This document shows positions 20,487-29,598 of a stretch of DNA of 64,000 nt, in pieces (within the stretch, counting starts at the first letter, position 1; each line of letters begins with the position of its first letter). The position numbers and the translations under genes are program-made. Origin of the DNA: Polyangia bacterium (lineage in GTDB: Bacteria > Myxococcota_A > Polyangia > JAAYKL01); contig JBNKCR010000098.1 in NCBI GenBank assembly GCA_050287845.1, forward strand, positions 64,001 to 128,000. Direction: 5' to 3'. A model generated the notes under the pieces. The model saw only the letters and a list, made by a program, of their open reading frames with translations, made no database searches and had not been told where the DNA came from.

Positions 20487-22178
20487 ATGACTAAATATTG
20501 GCGCCTTTTAATTGGCATGGGCGTATTGCTGAGCATGGCATTGTCGGGAGGATGTGGCGCGGACCCGGCGGGGACTGCGGATTCAGACATTGACTCAGAT
20601 AGCGATACGGATACCGATTCTGACACGGATTCTGATTCGGACAGTGATTCAGATGGCGATACGGATACAGACAGTGATTCAGATACAGACAGTGATTCAG
20701 ATACGGATTCGGATTCCGATACCAATGAGTATACATGCGAGTATAGTTGCCTGAATCACTGTGCGTCGTGGGGGGGGACTCCCCGGGAGGGCACCTGTCC
20801 GAATCAACAGCGTTGTTGTGATGGGGCCACAGCGCCGGATGCGGATTCCGATTCTGACACCGATTCCGATTCCGATTCGGATTCAGACACGGACACCGAT
20901 ACTGATTCGGACACAGATACGGATAGCGATAGTGACGGCGACGGCGATTTTGAAATTGATGCATCGACCGCTCCAAATGTTCCCACCGTGGGCATTGTGA
21001 AATGGTCGCTGAACGGCGTGAACAGCATTGATGAGGCGTCTATTGAATTTGGCCCGGATGATGGCTACGGTATGACCGCCCCTGTGGATTTGGATGAGCC
21101 GGATTTCAAAACGTTGCTTCTTGGAATGAAGCACGATGCGAATTATCATTTCCGTATTGTCGCCAAGGCGGGCGGCACTACATACAGAAGCGATGATCAG
21201 ACTTTGAAAACAGGGCCTACTTTAACTATCCAATTGCCCAATATAGAGATACAGCAACCCGGCAAAACCGAAGACGGCTTTCTCGTCATTGCAACCTACA
21301 ATGGCGGTGCCATGGGCGCACAGAATCCCATGGGGCTAATCTTCGACAATGATGGTGATCTGGTTTGGTTCTATGACAGCAATCTACGGGATAGTACCCG
21401 TGCCCGCATGAGTTACGATGGGAAATGGATGGCCATTGTTCCTGTGAATAACGAGGGAACTTCCGGTAGTGTGGAGATGGTTTCCATGGACGGTGAAACA
21501 AAGAAATCATTTCCTATCTCTGGCGCAGCACATGATATTACCCCCACCGACGACAACAAATGGGCGTTTCTGGAATATTCTTCCGGAGGTGTCATGGGGG
21601 TTGCTGCCACTTGTGCCAAGGCCGTTGAATTGGACATGGATGGCAATACGCAAGTGATCTTCGATTCTGCCCAGGTGTGGACCAACAATTGCCACGGCAA
21701 TGCGCTTCGGTTTTCTGCGGACGATGGTATTTTTACCATGTCAGACATGAATCACAGTCAGATAGTGGCATTTGACAAAAATGGCACTCAGAAATGGGTG
21801 ACACAGAATAATGGTACCTGGACATCCCAGCATGGTCATCAGTTGATAGAAGGGAACAAACTGTTGATTTTCAATAATGGTGGCAGTCTGATGGACATGA
21901 ATGCGACCAGCCATGCACTTGAATTTACTGTTGATGGAAGCGGCTCCCTGACCAAGACGTTTGATTATTCCGTAGAAGGATTGGGGACACCGACCTTGGG
22001 AGATGTTCAGCGATTGCCAGGCGGCAATACATTGATTTCATACAGTAACTCAGCCATTGTTCACGAAGTTGATTCGTCGGGAAATCTGGTTCGGAGTTGG
22101 AATTTTGGCCAGGTCGCATTCGGATATGTTGTATGGCGTCCAACGTTGTACGGACCATCCCCGGATTTGAATATGTAG
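20487..22178 (+). CDS. Arylsulfotransferase (ASST)-fold lipoprotein with Asp-Ser/Asp-Thr linkers
   Basis: Lipobox SGGC; two D(S/T) tracts around a 6-Cys module; Ig/FN3-like domain; AHD, HGN, QHG..LLIFNNG and GDVQRLPGGNTLI propeller motifs. Confidence 0.75.
   Translation: MTKYWRLLIGMGVLLSMALSGGCGADPAGTADSDIDSDSDTDTDSDTDSDSDSDSDGDTDTDSDSDTDSDSDTDSDSDTNEYTCEYSCLNHCASWGGTPREGTCPNQQRCCDGATAPDADSDSDTDSDSDSDSDTDTDTDSDTDTDSDSDGDGDFEIDASTAPNVPTVGIVKWSLNGVNSIDEASIEFGPDDGYGMTAPVDLDEPDFKTLLLGMKHDANYHFRIVAKAGGTTYRSDDQTLKTGPTLTIQLPNIEIQQPGKTEDGFLVIATYNGGAMGAQNPMGLIFDNDGDLVWFYDSNLRDSTRARMSYDGKWMAIVPVNNEGTSGSVEMVSMDGETKKSFPISGAAHDITPTDDNKWAFLEYSSGGVMGVAATCAKAVELDMDGNTQVIFDSAQVWTNNCHGNALRFSADDGIFTMSDMNHSQIVAFDKNGTQKWVTQNNGTWTSQHGHQLIEGNKLLIFNNGGSLMDMNATSHALEFTVDGSGSLTKTFDYSVEGLGTPTLGDVQRLPGGNTLISYSNSAIVHEVDSSGNLVRSWNFGQVAFGYVVWRPTLYGPSPDLNM
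20580..20945 (+). repeat. Two in-frame Asp-Ser/Asp-Thr hexanucleotide repeat tracts
   Basis: Degenerate 6-bp units coding DSDTDTDSD..., split by a small Cys-rich module. Confidence 0.9.
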
Positions 22179-22283
22179 AACGTTTATTTCTCAACCCGTT
22201 CAAACGAGACGAACCCATCAGAAGTACAAGTTTGTGAATCGGATAGGGCTCTGAAGAAAACAGTGTAAAGGAGAATCAGAGAG

Positions 22284-23423
22284 ATGTTATTTTTTGTGAG
22301 ACTTTTTGCAGTATTGATGGGAATTGCCTTTTTGGGAATTGGAGGATGTGGTGGAACGGAAGGGGAGAGTGGGGATTCAGACAGCAATTCAGACTCTGAT
22401 TCAGACGGTGACACAGATTCCGATTCAGACACAGACTCAGATACTGATACGGATACGGATACGGATGGGGATGAACAGGTGAGCTGTGATGCGCTTTCAT
22501 TTGAGGATGATTCTGTGCTGCTGAAACTTCTGGATGATCAGAATTATACCTTCTGGAATGAGCTGGAGATTGAATCTACAACGGTGAAATCCAGAAGCAA
22601 TATCAAGTTCAGCTGGGGAAACTTGGATGAGGATTTTCTGGGTACACCGATGGATCCGGAACAGGACGTGCAGGCACTTCTTGTGTCCATATGGGAGCAT
22701 GATGCAGAGGAAACGAAGGAATTGATGAACACCAATCTCTGGGTTATGGATGATTTCGTCATTCCCCCGGGTATGTTTGTCACCAACGGTGAATTGACAG
22801 AAGCGAATTATCTGGAGTTCGAGACTACTTCTGGCTCTCCCGTCACGGAGGAGTTACTGACGAGCCTGATCGATCCATCGGAGCTGTCGCCAGACGAAAC
22901 CACATACTCGGTGATGGTGCAAAGCGGTACTAACCCTGGCCAGGATGTGAGAATGATTGCCATGTTCTCAGTGTCTGACGACGAGGAAAATGAGGAAGTC
23001 GTTATTAATTCCGATTCAACGAAGTTGCAGTTTAAAGCCACATTGGACGATATGGATGCCATTCCTGTTCCGGATGGCGTATCGGACATCAAGATTGACT
23101 GGACAGATTCTCCGATTTACGACTCCATGGACCAACTTTTTGATTCGTCAACTGTACAACGGGTGATGGTGGCTTACTACGAGGATGAAACTCTTGATGA
23201 TTTGGAGAACAACTTTCTGCAACTGGAAGACATGGCAGAAAAAGTCTGGTCAGTGAATCACCGTCTCGGCACATATGAAAATCTTTCGAATCTGAAGGAT
23301 GAAAACGGCGACGCGTTTGAAGGTATAAACGATGACGGATTGTATATTCTCGCTTTATTGTGTGAGTCATGTTCGAATCCAGCGCCACGATTCCTGTCCG
23401 TGTTGAAAACCTGTGCACCGTAG
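22284..23423 (+). CDS. Acidic uncharacterised lipoprotein with internal duplication
   Basis: Lipobox IGGC, D(S/T) linker, two similar halves, C-terminal LLCESCSNPAP. Confidence 0.75.
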   Translation: MLFFVRLFAVLMGIAFLGIGGCGGTEGESGDSDSNSDSDSDGDTDSDSDTDSDTDTDTDTDGDEQVSCDALSFEDDSVLLKLLDDQNYTFWNELEIESTTVKSRSNIKFSWGNLDEDFLGTPMDPEQDVQALLVSIWEHDAEETKELMNTNLWVMDDFVIPPGMFVTNGELTEANYLEFETTSGSPVTEELLTSLIDPSELSPDETTYSVMVQSGTNPGQDVRMIAMFSVSDDEENEEVVINSDSTKLQFKATLDDMDAIPVPDGVSDIKIDWTDSPIYDSMDQLFDSSTVQRVMVAYYEDETLDDLENNFLQLEDMAEKVWSVNHRLGTYENLSNLKDENGDAFEGINDDGLYILALLCESCSNPAPRFLSVLKTCAP

Positions 23424-23476
23424 TATGAATCTGCACGGATTGGTAAAGATCTGCGTGAGACGTTATAGGAGACTTC

Positions 23477-24070
23477 ATGAAACTGATTCGGAAAAAAAAC
23501 ATGGGAACGGCAATGCTCTGGATTGCTCTGTTCATGCTGTCCTCCAGCATATCGCAACCGGTCCATTGCGCCACAGCACAGACAAAGATTGTTGCTGGAA
23601 AGTCATTGAAACTGCTGGGGACCGCTCTTCGGGAGTTTTTGTTCATCGACATATACAAACTGACGGCCTACTCCGAAAGCGGCGACTGTAGACAACAGTC
23701 AATTATTTACAACTCAGAAGTAAAACTGCTCGTTCTGTCGATGAAAAAAACGTTGCCCAAAGAGCGTTTGGTTTCCACCCTGCGCGAAACGTTTATGGAC
23801 AATCTTCCCACTGAAAAAAACAATTCAGGTCTGATTTCTAAGATTGATACATTTCTATCGTATTTTAAACAGGATATAAAAAAGGGGAGCTATGTGGAGA
23901 TTATTTTTATCCCCGGCAGAGGCACAATGTTGAAAGAGAACGGTGCTCAACTGGGACAGCTCACCAGTGGCAAGGATTTTTCCGATTTGATATGGCGGTC
24001 ATACTTCGGGCCGAATACCTGTTGTCCTTCACTGAAGTCTTCCATCCTGAAAGAATGCAAGTCCCGCTGA
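23477..24070 (+). CDS. Secreted chalcone-isomerase-like protein
   Basis: Signal peptide; LKLLGTALREFLFIDIYKLTAY, IKKGSYVEIIFIPGRG, FSDLIWRSYFG...LKSSIL match the bacterial CHI-like pattern. Confidence 0.75.
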   Translation: MKLIRKKNMGTAMLWIALFMLSSSISQPVHCATAQTKIVAGKSLKLLGTALREFLFIDIYKLTAYSESGDCRQQSIIYNSEVKLLVLSMKKTLPKERLVSTLRETFMDNLPTEKNNSGLISKIDTFLSYFKQDIKKGSYVEIIFIPGRGTMLKENGAQLGQLTSGKDFSDLIWRSYFGPNTCCPSLKSSILKECKSR

Positions 24071-24106
24071 TGCATACCTGTTTACGCACATTGCGCGTTG
24101 ACGGAT

Positions 24107-25771
24107 TCATGCCTCAGCCGAGGTGTCCATACTTGCGAAGTATCCGGAAATAGCTGCACACAGGTCTTCTTTTTTAAACGGTTTGTATATCATTTCGTTG
24201 ATGCCTGATTTCAGGTTTTCGTTCTCCGCAGCAATGGACGACTGAGTGGTAATCAATAAAATTGGTAACTCTGTTCTGTTATATTTAGTTCGAATGCGTT
24301 TTGTCAGTTCCAGACCGGAAATATTTGGCATATTCAGGTCGGTCAGTATCATATCCGGCTTCTCGTTTTCTATCGCTTCAAGGGCGGATTCCGGAAATTC
24401 AAACAACTGAAAGAGGTACCCCTCCATCGAAAGGACGTTTTTATAGATGGCCAACATCATTCGAGAGTCATCGATTGCCCAGACCGTCCTGGACATATGC
24501 GCTGCAGGATGTGTGGCGGGAATGGAGGTGGAAAGAATATTGTCCGCATCCGCGGCGTAACCGTTTTTTCTGAGCAATTCCATAAAATGGCTTCGGCTGT
24601 CATCCGTTGCGTGCATTCGCAAGTATTGAATGGTCTGGTCTCTGAAAAGCGGATTCTTATAAAGGCTCAGAAAGACAGCATCCGATTCACTGACAATGAA
24701 TAATTCAACGAATCGTCTGGTGAGGTCATACTCCGGGGACAACAGATTGTTCAAACCGGTTTCGAGCAGTTCGTTGTAGTTGTTATTGATTGCCTGGGCT
24801 GCAATGATAGCCACATGCTCAACCGGGTCCTGCAGCCCTGAAACCAGGGACATCGCACCTTTGGTAATGGGCAGTTGACCGAGCACCTCGTAGGCAGCAA
24901 ACCGGACGTTGGCGTTTTCCGGATTTTCTTTCAGCAATCTGCGTATGGGAAGAATGGCGCTTTCATCTTTGATCTTCCCGAGAACATTGAGGGTGTGTAT
25001 TTGCAGTTCTGAATCCGAATGCTTTAAGTTCTCCAACAGCACCGGCACCGCCTTGGGGCCAATTTCTGCCAATTTTGCCTTTGCGTAATTTCTCAGATAT
25101 GCATGATACGAGAGCATGGTATCGTTCAGTTTCTGCAACGCAAGCTTGTTCTGGCTTCGAGCGAATACATTGAGGATCATCACATCGATGCCGGTATCGG
25201 CGCCCATTCTTTCTGATAGCTTCTGAATTGCATTTGTATTGCCAATTGCCCCCAGCGCCTCTACTGCGGCGACAATGAGCTCACGATTTCCCGCGTAAAG
25301 GAAATCTGCGATTTCGCTTACTGATTCAGTAGCGCACAGATCTCCCAGGGCTTTCATGCAACTGGACTGTATGGCAATTCTGGCTGAATTGCGCATGATT
25401 TTCAGAATCGGAGGAATCGCTTCCTCCATCATCAACTGGCCGCAAAGATCAATAAAGAAGGATTTATCTTTGTAGCTGTCGTTTGCAAGGGATTCAAGCA
25501 ATACATCCGGATGGTCTGCGAGCTTCTGGGCGGCGACTCGATGGAGTGGCTCGACGCTTTGCAGCAACTCCGGACTGAAACCAATCAGATCGGAAAAAAA
25601 ATTTCCGGATTTTTCATGAGCGATGCGGCTTAGCTCAAAAACGGCTCTTCGTTGCCCTTCGGCATCCAACCTGGGAAATTCTCTTAAAACAATCTGCGTT
25701 TTGATAGGATCAAGTTTCCTGAAGCACTGATTCAGTTCCTCAATATATTCACTGTTGATGATTTCAGACAT
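24107..25771 (-). CDS. HEAT-repeat protein with C-terminal receiver domain
   Basis: Repeated AVEALGAIG / VRFAAYEVLG HEAT motifs; REC motifs IDDS, LTDLNMP, ITT, KPF. Confidence 0.88.
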   Translation of the reverse strand: MSEIINSEYIEELNQCFRKLDPIKTQIVLREFPRLDAEGQRRAVFELSRIAHEKSGNFFSDLIGFSPELLQSVEPLHRVAAQKLADHPDVLLESLANDSYKDKSFFIDLCGQLMMEEAIPPILKIMRNSARIAIQSSCMKALGDLCATESVSEIADFLYAGNRELIVAAVEALGAIGNTNAIQKLSERMGADTGIDVMILNVFARSQNKLALQKLNDTMLSYHAYLRNYAKAKLAEIGPKAVPVLLENLKHSDSELQIHTLNVLGKIKDESAILPIRRLLKENPENANVRFAAYEVLGQLPITKGAMSLVSGLQDPVEHVAIIAAQAINNNYNELLETGLNNLLSPEYDLTRRFVELFIVSESDAVFLSLYKNPLFRDQTIQYLRMHATDDSRSHFMELLRKNGYAADADNILSTSIPATHPAAHMSRTVWAIDDSRMMLAIYKNVLSMEGYLFQLFEFPESALEAIENEKPDMILTDLNMPNISGLELTKRIRTKYNRTELPILLITTQSSIAAENENLKSGINEMIYKPFKKEDLCAAISGYFASMDTSAEA

Positions 25772-25796
25772 TTTCTATCTACTCCGATAATGGTGC

Positions 25797-26627
25797 TCAC
25801 TCCACTTTCTCGTAATAAATGATTCCGTGAAACTCTCTTTTTTCAAATGGCAGCGACATTCCAACCAGGGATTCTGTCGAACCAATCACAAGAAAACCGC
25901 CTACCGGCAGTTTAAGTGCGAGATTGCTGAACAAGCGTTGTTTGTTTTCTTTTGAAAAATAGAAAGCAACATTCCGACACAGAATGATGTGTTGCAGTGG
26001 AATAGTCACAGTCCCGGCAAGGAGGTTCAGCTGGCGGAATGATGCAAGGGCACGCAGGTCGTCATTAATCTTCCACAGCTTTTCCTTCTGCGTGAAATGG
26101 CGTTTCAGTCTGTTTCCAGTGAGCCCGCGTGCAAGCTCCACTTTTCCATAAAGGCCTCTACTGGCGATTTCCAGCGCGCTTTGTGAAACGTCAGTTCCCA
26201 GTATTCTGATGTCGTGACTGAATAATTGCCCCAGTAATTCCTTCAGAATCATCGCAATACTGTATACTTCCTGACCTGTTGAAGCCGCAGCGCTCCAGAT
26301 ACGAAGAGAAACTTGATTCTGGGAGAGATTGTTTTCCATAGTATCAGGGATGAGCTTATGCGCAAGCAAATCAAAGGGTTTTTGATCTCTGAAAAAGTAG
26401 GTCTCGTTTGTTGTGATGGCATCGATGATTTTGTGTTTAAGTTTTCCGCTGCGATCAGATATGGATCTCGAAACCAGATCAGCGTAAGTTGACAAACCCA
26501 GTTCCGACAACAATGGACCGAGTCTGCTTTCCACAAGGTAGGATTTACTGTCGTTTAATCGTATTCCGCAGTTCGCTTCCACGAATTCGATGATTGATGC
26601 CATTTCTTTCGATGTAACACTGCTCAC
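25797..26627 (-). CDS. cheR: Chemotaxis protein-glutamate methyltransferase
   Basis: ITTNETYFFRD, IWSAAASTGQEVYSIAM, ILCRNV, GSTESL. Confidence 0.95.
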   Translation of the reverse strand: MSSVTSKEMASIIEFVEANCGIRLNDSKSYLVESRLGPLLSELGLSTYADLVSRSISDRSGKLKHKIIDAITTNETYFFRDQKPFDLLAHKLIPDTMENNLSQNQVSLRIWSAAASTGQEVYSIAMILKELLGQLFSHDIRILGTDVSQSALEIASRGLYGKVELARGLTGNRLKRHFTQKEKLWKINDDLRALASFRQLNLLAGTVTIPLQHIILCRNVAFYFSKENKQRLFSNLALKLPVGGFLVIGSTESLVGMSLPFEKREFHGIIYYEKVE

Positions 26628-27697
26628 GGCTTCCTCAACGCTTTCAGAATGGCAGTGTGCAACGTATCGATTGAAAAAATGTAATCCACAACCCCTTCTT
26701 CAATGGCTTTGGCCGGCATGCCGAACACAACACATGTTTCTTTATTCTGTGCTATCGTTGTGGCTCCCTGAAGTTTCATCAATTTCATTCCGGCTGCACC
26801 GTCATTACCCATACCCGTAAGAATGACTCCTACCGCTGCGGCACCGAACTCTTTTGCAACCGAACGAAACAGATAATCAACTGACGGCTTACAGTTATGC
26901 TCCGGCTCGTCATCAGTGAGTTCGATTTTATAACTTCCGAGATATTGTCCCTGAGTGACACGCATATGGAGTCCGCCTGGCGCGATATATATCATTGAAG
27001 GTTTGAGCGGCATGTCGTGTTTTGCTTCCACAACCGTTAATGCGCATTTATTGTTCAGCGAATCCGCAAGTTGTCCAGTAAACGCTTTCGGCATGTGGAT
27101 TGTGACAACAACTGGAATGTTAATGGATTGGGGAAGTTGGGTTAACAGTGTGGTGAGCGCTTTGGGGCCGCCGGTAGATGCACCAATGGCAATGATCTGG
27201 GGGGCCTTGCTCTGTGCTGCAATAGAACGGATTTTTTTGAAATTGCTTTTCTGTCTGCTTGTAGAAGCGTCAGAAACTTTGGGCGTACCGTTGATTTTGA
27301 GACGCGTACGCACTGCAGCAAGAATTGGAGTAAGTTGCGCTTTCAGGCCTTCAACATTTTGTTCGATATTAGTGCCATCCGGCTTCGAAATCGCATCGAT
27401 GGCGCCCTGTTCCATCGCTTGAATGGCAATTTGAGCACCTTCGGGAGTATGCGCGCTGATCATGATGAATTCAGTGTTTAACCCTAGTGCCTGCATTTTC
27501 TGCATCACTTCCAGACCATTCATGTCCGGCATTTCAAAATCCAGTGTGACAACATCCGGACGCAGGGAAACGGCCTTTTTTAGAGCGAGCGAACCATTGG
27601 GAGCGGTTTGAATATCCGTTATTTCAGGAAACGAGGAAAGCACACTCTGCAGAATCTTCCGGTACAATGCTGTATCTTCAACAATCAACCATTTCAT
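26624..27697 (-). CDS. cheB: Chemotaxis methylesterase with N-terminal receiver domain
   Basis: TLDFEMPDM receiver; GASTGGP, HMP, KPSVDYLF, ILTGMGNDGA, VVFGMP. Confidence 0.96.
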   Translation of the reverse strand: MKWLIVEDTALYRKILQSVLSSFPEITDIQTAPNGSLALKKAVSLRPDVVTLDFEMPDMNGLEVMQKMQALGLNTEFIMISAHTPEGAQIAIQAMEQGAIDAISKPDGTNIEQNVEGLKAQLTPILAAVRTRLKINGTPKVSDASTSRQKSNFKKIRSIAAQSKAPQIIAIGASTGGPKALTTLLTQLPQSINIPVVVTIHMPKAFTGQLADSLNNKCALTVVEAKHDMPLKPSMIYIAPGGLHMRVTQGQYLGSYKIELTDDEPEHNCKPSVDYLFRSVAKEFGAAAVGVILTGMGNDGAAGMKLMKLQGATTIAQNKETCVVFGMPAKAIEEGVVDYIFSIDTLHTAILKALRKP

Positions 27698-27716
27698 GTA
27701 CGTTCCTCAGATCCTC

Positions 27717-29075
27717 TCAATTCAGCTCTGATATTGCCTGAATTAAGACGGTTTCAGTTTTTTCAAGTTCACTTGCGATTTCGCTCAAATTGCTTGATGT
27801 ATTTTTTATGAGCGTTGTGTCGTCGGTAACGTTCTGGATGGTCTGCGCCATGTCCTCTGCAAACTTTGAAAGCTCGCCAACAGCGTTGGTCACATTTGAG
27901 AGGAAACCGGAACCCCTTGTGAGATTCTCAGTGATTTCCCGAGTGGTGATTGTCTGTTCTTCGGTGGCGGTGGCGATAGTGCTGACGAAATCATCCACTT
28001 CCTTCATTACTTCAGAAATCTTTTTGATTTTTGAAATTGTATGCTGCGTCGCCATTTGAATTGCTTCTATTTTATTTCGAATATCAGCAGTGGCGGAATT
28101 TGTCTGTTGTGCGAGTTCTTTTACTTCTCCAGCGACTACTGCAAATCCTTTGCCAGCCTCTCCAGCCCGTGCCGCTTCAATGGTGGCGTTCAATGCGAGC
28201 AGCTTCGTCTGTTCAGCAATTTCCACAATTGTTTCGGTGACGTTGCTGATTTGAACCGCTGCATTTTCAAGCTGCAATACTTCAGAGGAGGCATCACCCA
28301 CTGCATGTACAGCGTCGGTTGCTACGGTTCTGGCCTGTTCTGCGTTTTTTGCAATTTCTGATACAGTTGCGGTCATTTCTTCAGAAGCGGTTGAAACAGA
28401 AGCAATGTTTCCCAGTGAACTTTCAGCTGATTCTTTGATGGTGAGAATTTCTTTTGTCAAATGTCGCGAAACGGCATTGACATCGGAAGTTTTTTTGTCA
28501 ATTGCCATTGCCTGCAGCTCCGTTTCAGAAGCAGACTTGGCAACTCTGTGTATCATTTCAGCGAGGGACTGGTTGATTTTAAAGACATTTGCGAAATTGG
28601 CGTCGAACTGTTCACTGGTGCTCCGGATGCGCAGGTCAATGTCTTTTGCCATTGAAATAAACGCCGGTGTAATGCTATCCAGTTCACTTCGTTTCCCTGT
28701 GCCATTTCCGAATTGTTCAAACCGTTGAATAAAATGAAAATCTCCTTTTGAGATACTGTCAAAGCCATTTTTGAATTCCCTGGTATTCTGTACGATTCTA
28801 CGGAGTGCGAACGTCAGCTCTTCTACGTCTACTGTGCCCGCTGGCAAATCGATGCTCCCGTCGAGTTCACCGTCAGCGATTTGATTCAAATATGAAGTTA
28901 CTTTTTTTAGTAGATTGGTATTTCGCTGTCTTGCGCTCGGCCGTGATTTTTTTTCGGTTGATAACCTGGAATTTGGCGCTTCTTTCTTGACGGTTGAAGA
29001 CTTCCGTGGTGATTTTCCTTTTACTTCCATATTTTTATCACGGCTCAGCGTAGAATCGTCATTTTTTTCGGACAT
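27717..29075 (-). CDS. Soluble methyl-accepting chemotaxis protein
   Basis: IAEQTKLLALNATIEAARAGEAGKGFAVVAGEVKELA hairpin tip; no hydrophobic TM segment. Confidence 0.92.
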   Translation of the reverse strand: MSEKNDDSTLSRDKNMEVKGKSPRKSSTVKKEAPNSRLSTEKKSRPSARQRNTNLLKKVTSYLNQIADGELDGSIDLPAGTVDVEELTFALRRIVQNTREFKNGFDSISKGDFHFIQRFEQFGNGTGKRSELDSITPAFISMAKDIDLRIRSTSEQFDANFANVFKINQSLAEMIHRVAKSASETELQAMAIDKKTSDVNAVSRHLTKEILTIKESAESSLGNIASVSTASEEMTATVSEIAKNAEQARTVATDAVHAVGDASSEVLQLENAAVQISNVTETIVEIAEQTKLLALNATIEAARAGEAGKGFAVVAGEVKELAQQTNSATADIRNKIEAIQMATQHTISKIKKISEVMKEVDDFVSTIATATEEQTITTREITENLTRGSGFLSNVTNAVGELSKFAEDMAQTIQNVTDDTTLIKNTSSNLSEIASELEKTETVLIQAISELN

Positions 29076-29120
29076 TGAAACCTCACAGGGACAAATTATT
29101 GTGAAAACATTTTTCGGGCA

Positions 29121-29573
29121 TTATGCCTCTTTGGACAGCAGCTTATTCATGTCGAGGATAGCGACCAGATTCTCTTCCATCTTGTACACACCAGTAAAAA
29201 ATTTTCCCATCGCGTCATTCATGTGGGGTGGTGACGGAAGAATTTCGTCCGGCGATGCCGGTATGATGTCTTCGACATTGTCCACCAGCAGACCGATTTG
29301 CTCACCTTTGGAATTCACGACAACATTGTTCATTCGTTTCGAGATCTCGGTTGGTTTCATATTGAATTTTTTACGCATATCAATAATGGTAACAATCTGA
29401 CCTCTAAGATTGATCACGCCACGAACATAGTCCGGCGCTGAATATACCGTGGTGATTTCCATGTTCTTGTTAATCTCCTGAACATTGTCGATGGTGATGC
29501 CACAATAGGTTTCGCCGACCTGGAAAATAACGATTTCTTCAAATGCATTAACGGTGTTGCTTACACTTGCCAT
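29121..29573 (-). CDS. cheW: Chemotaxis coupling protein CheW
   Basis: VQEI, APDYVRGVINLRGQIVTIID, GLLVDNV; ATG 29573 after AAGGAG. Confidence 0.95.
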   Translation of the reverse strand: MASVSNTVNAFEEIVIFQVGETYCGITIDNVQEINKNMEITTVYSAPDYVRGVINLRGQIVTIIDMRKKFNMKPTEISKRMNNVVVNSKGEQIGLLVDNVEDIIPASPDEILPSPPHMNDAMGKFFTGVYKMEENLVAILDMNKLLSKEA

Positions 29574-29598
29574 TGTTCCGTGCTCCTTGCAGGCGTTT

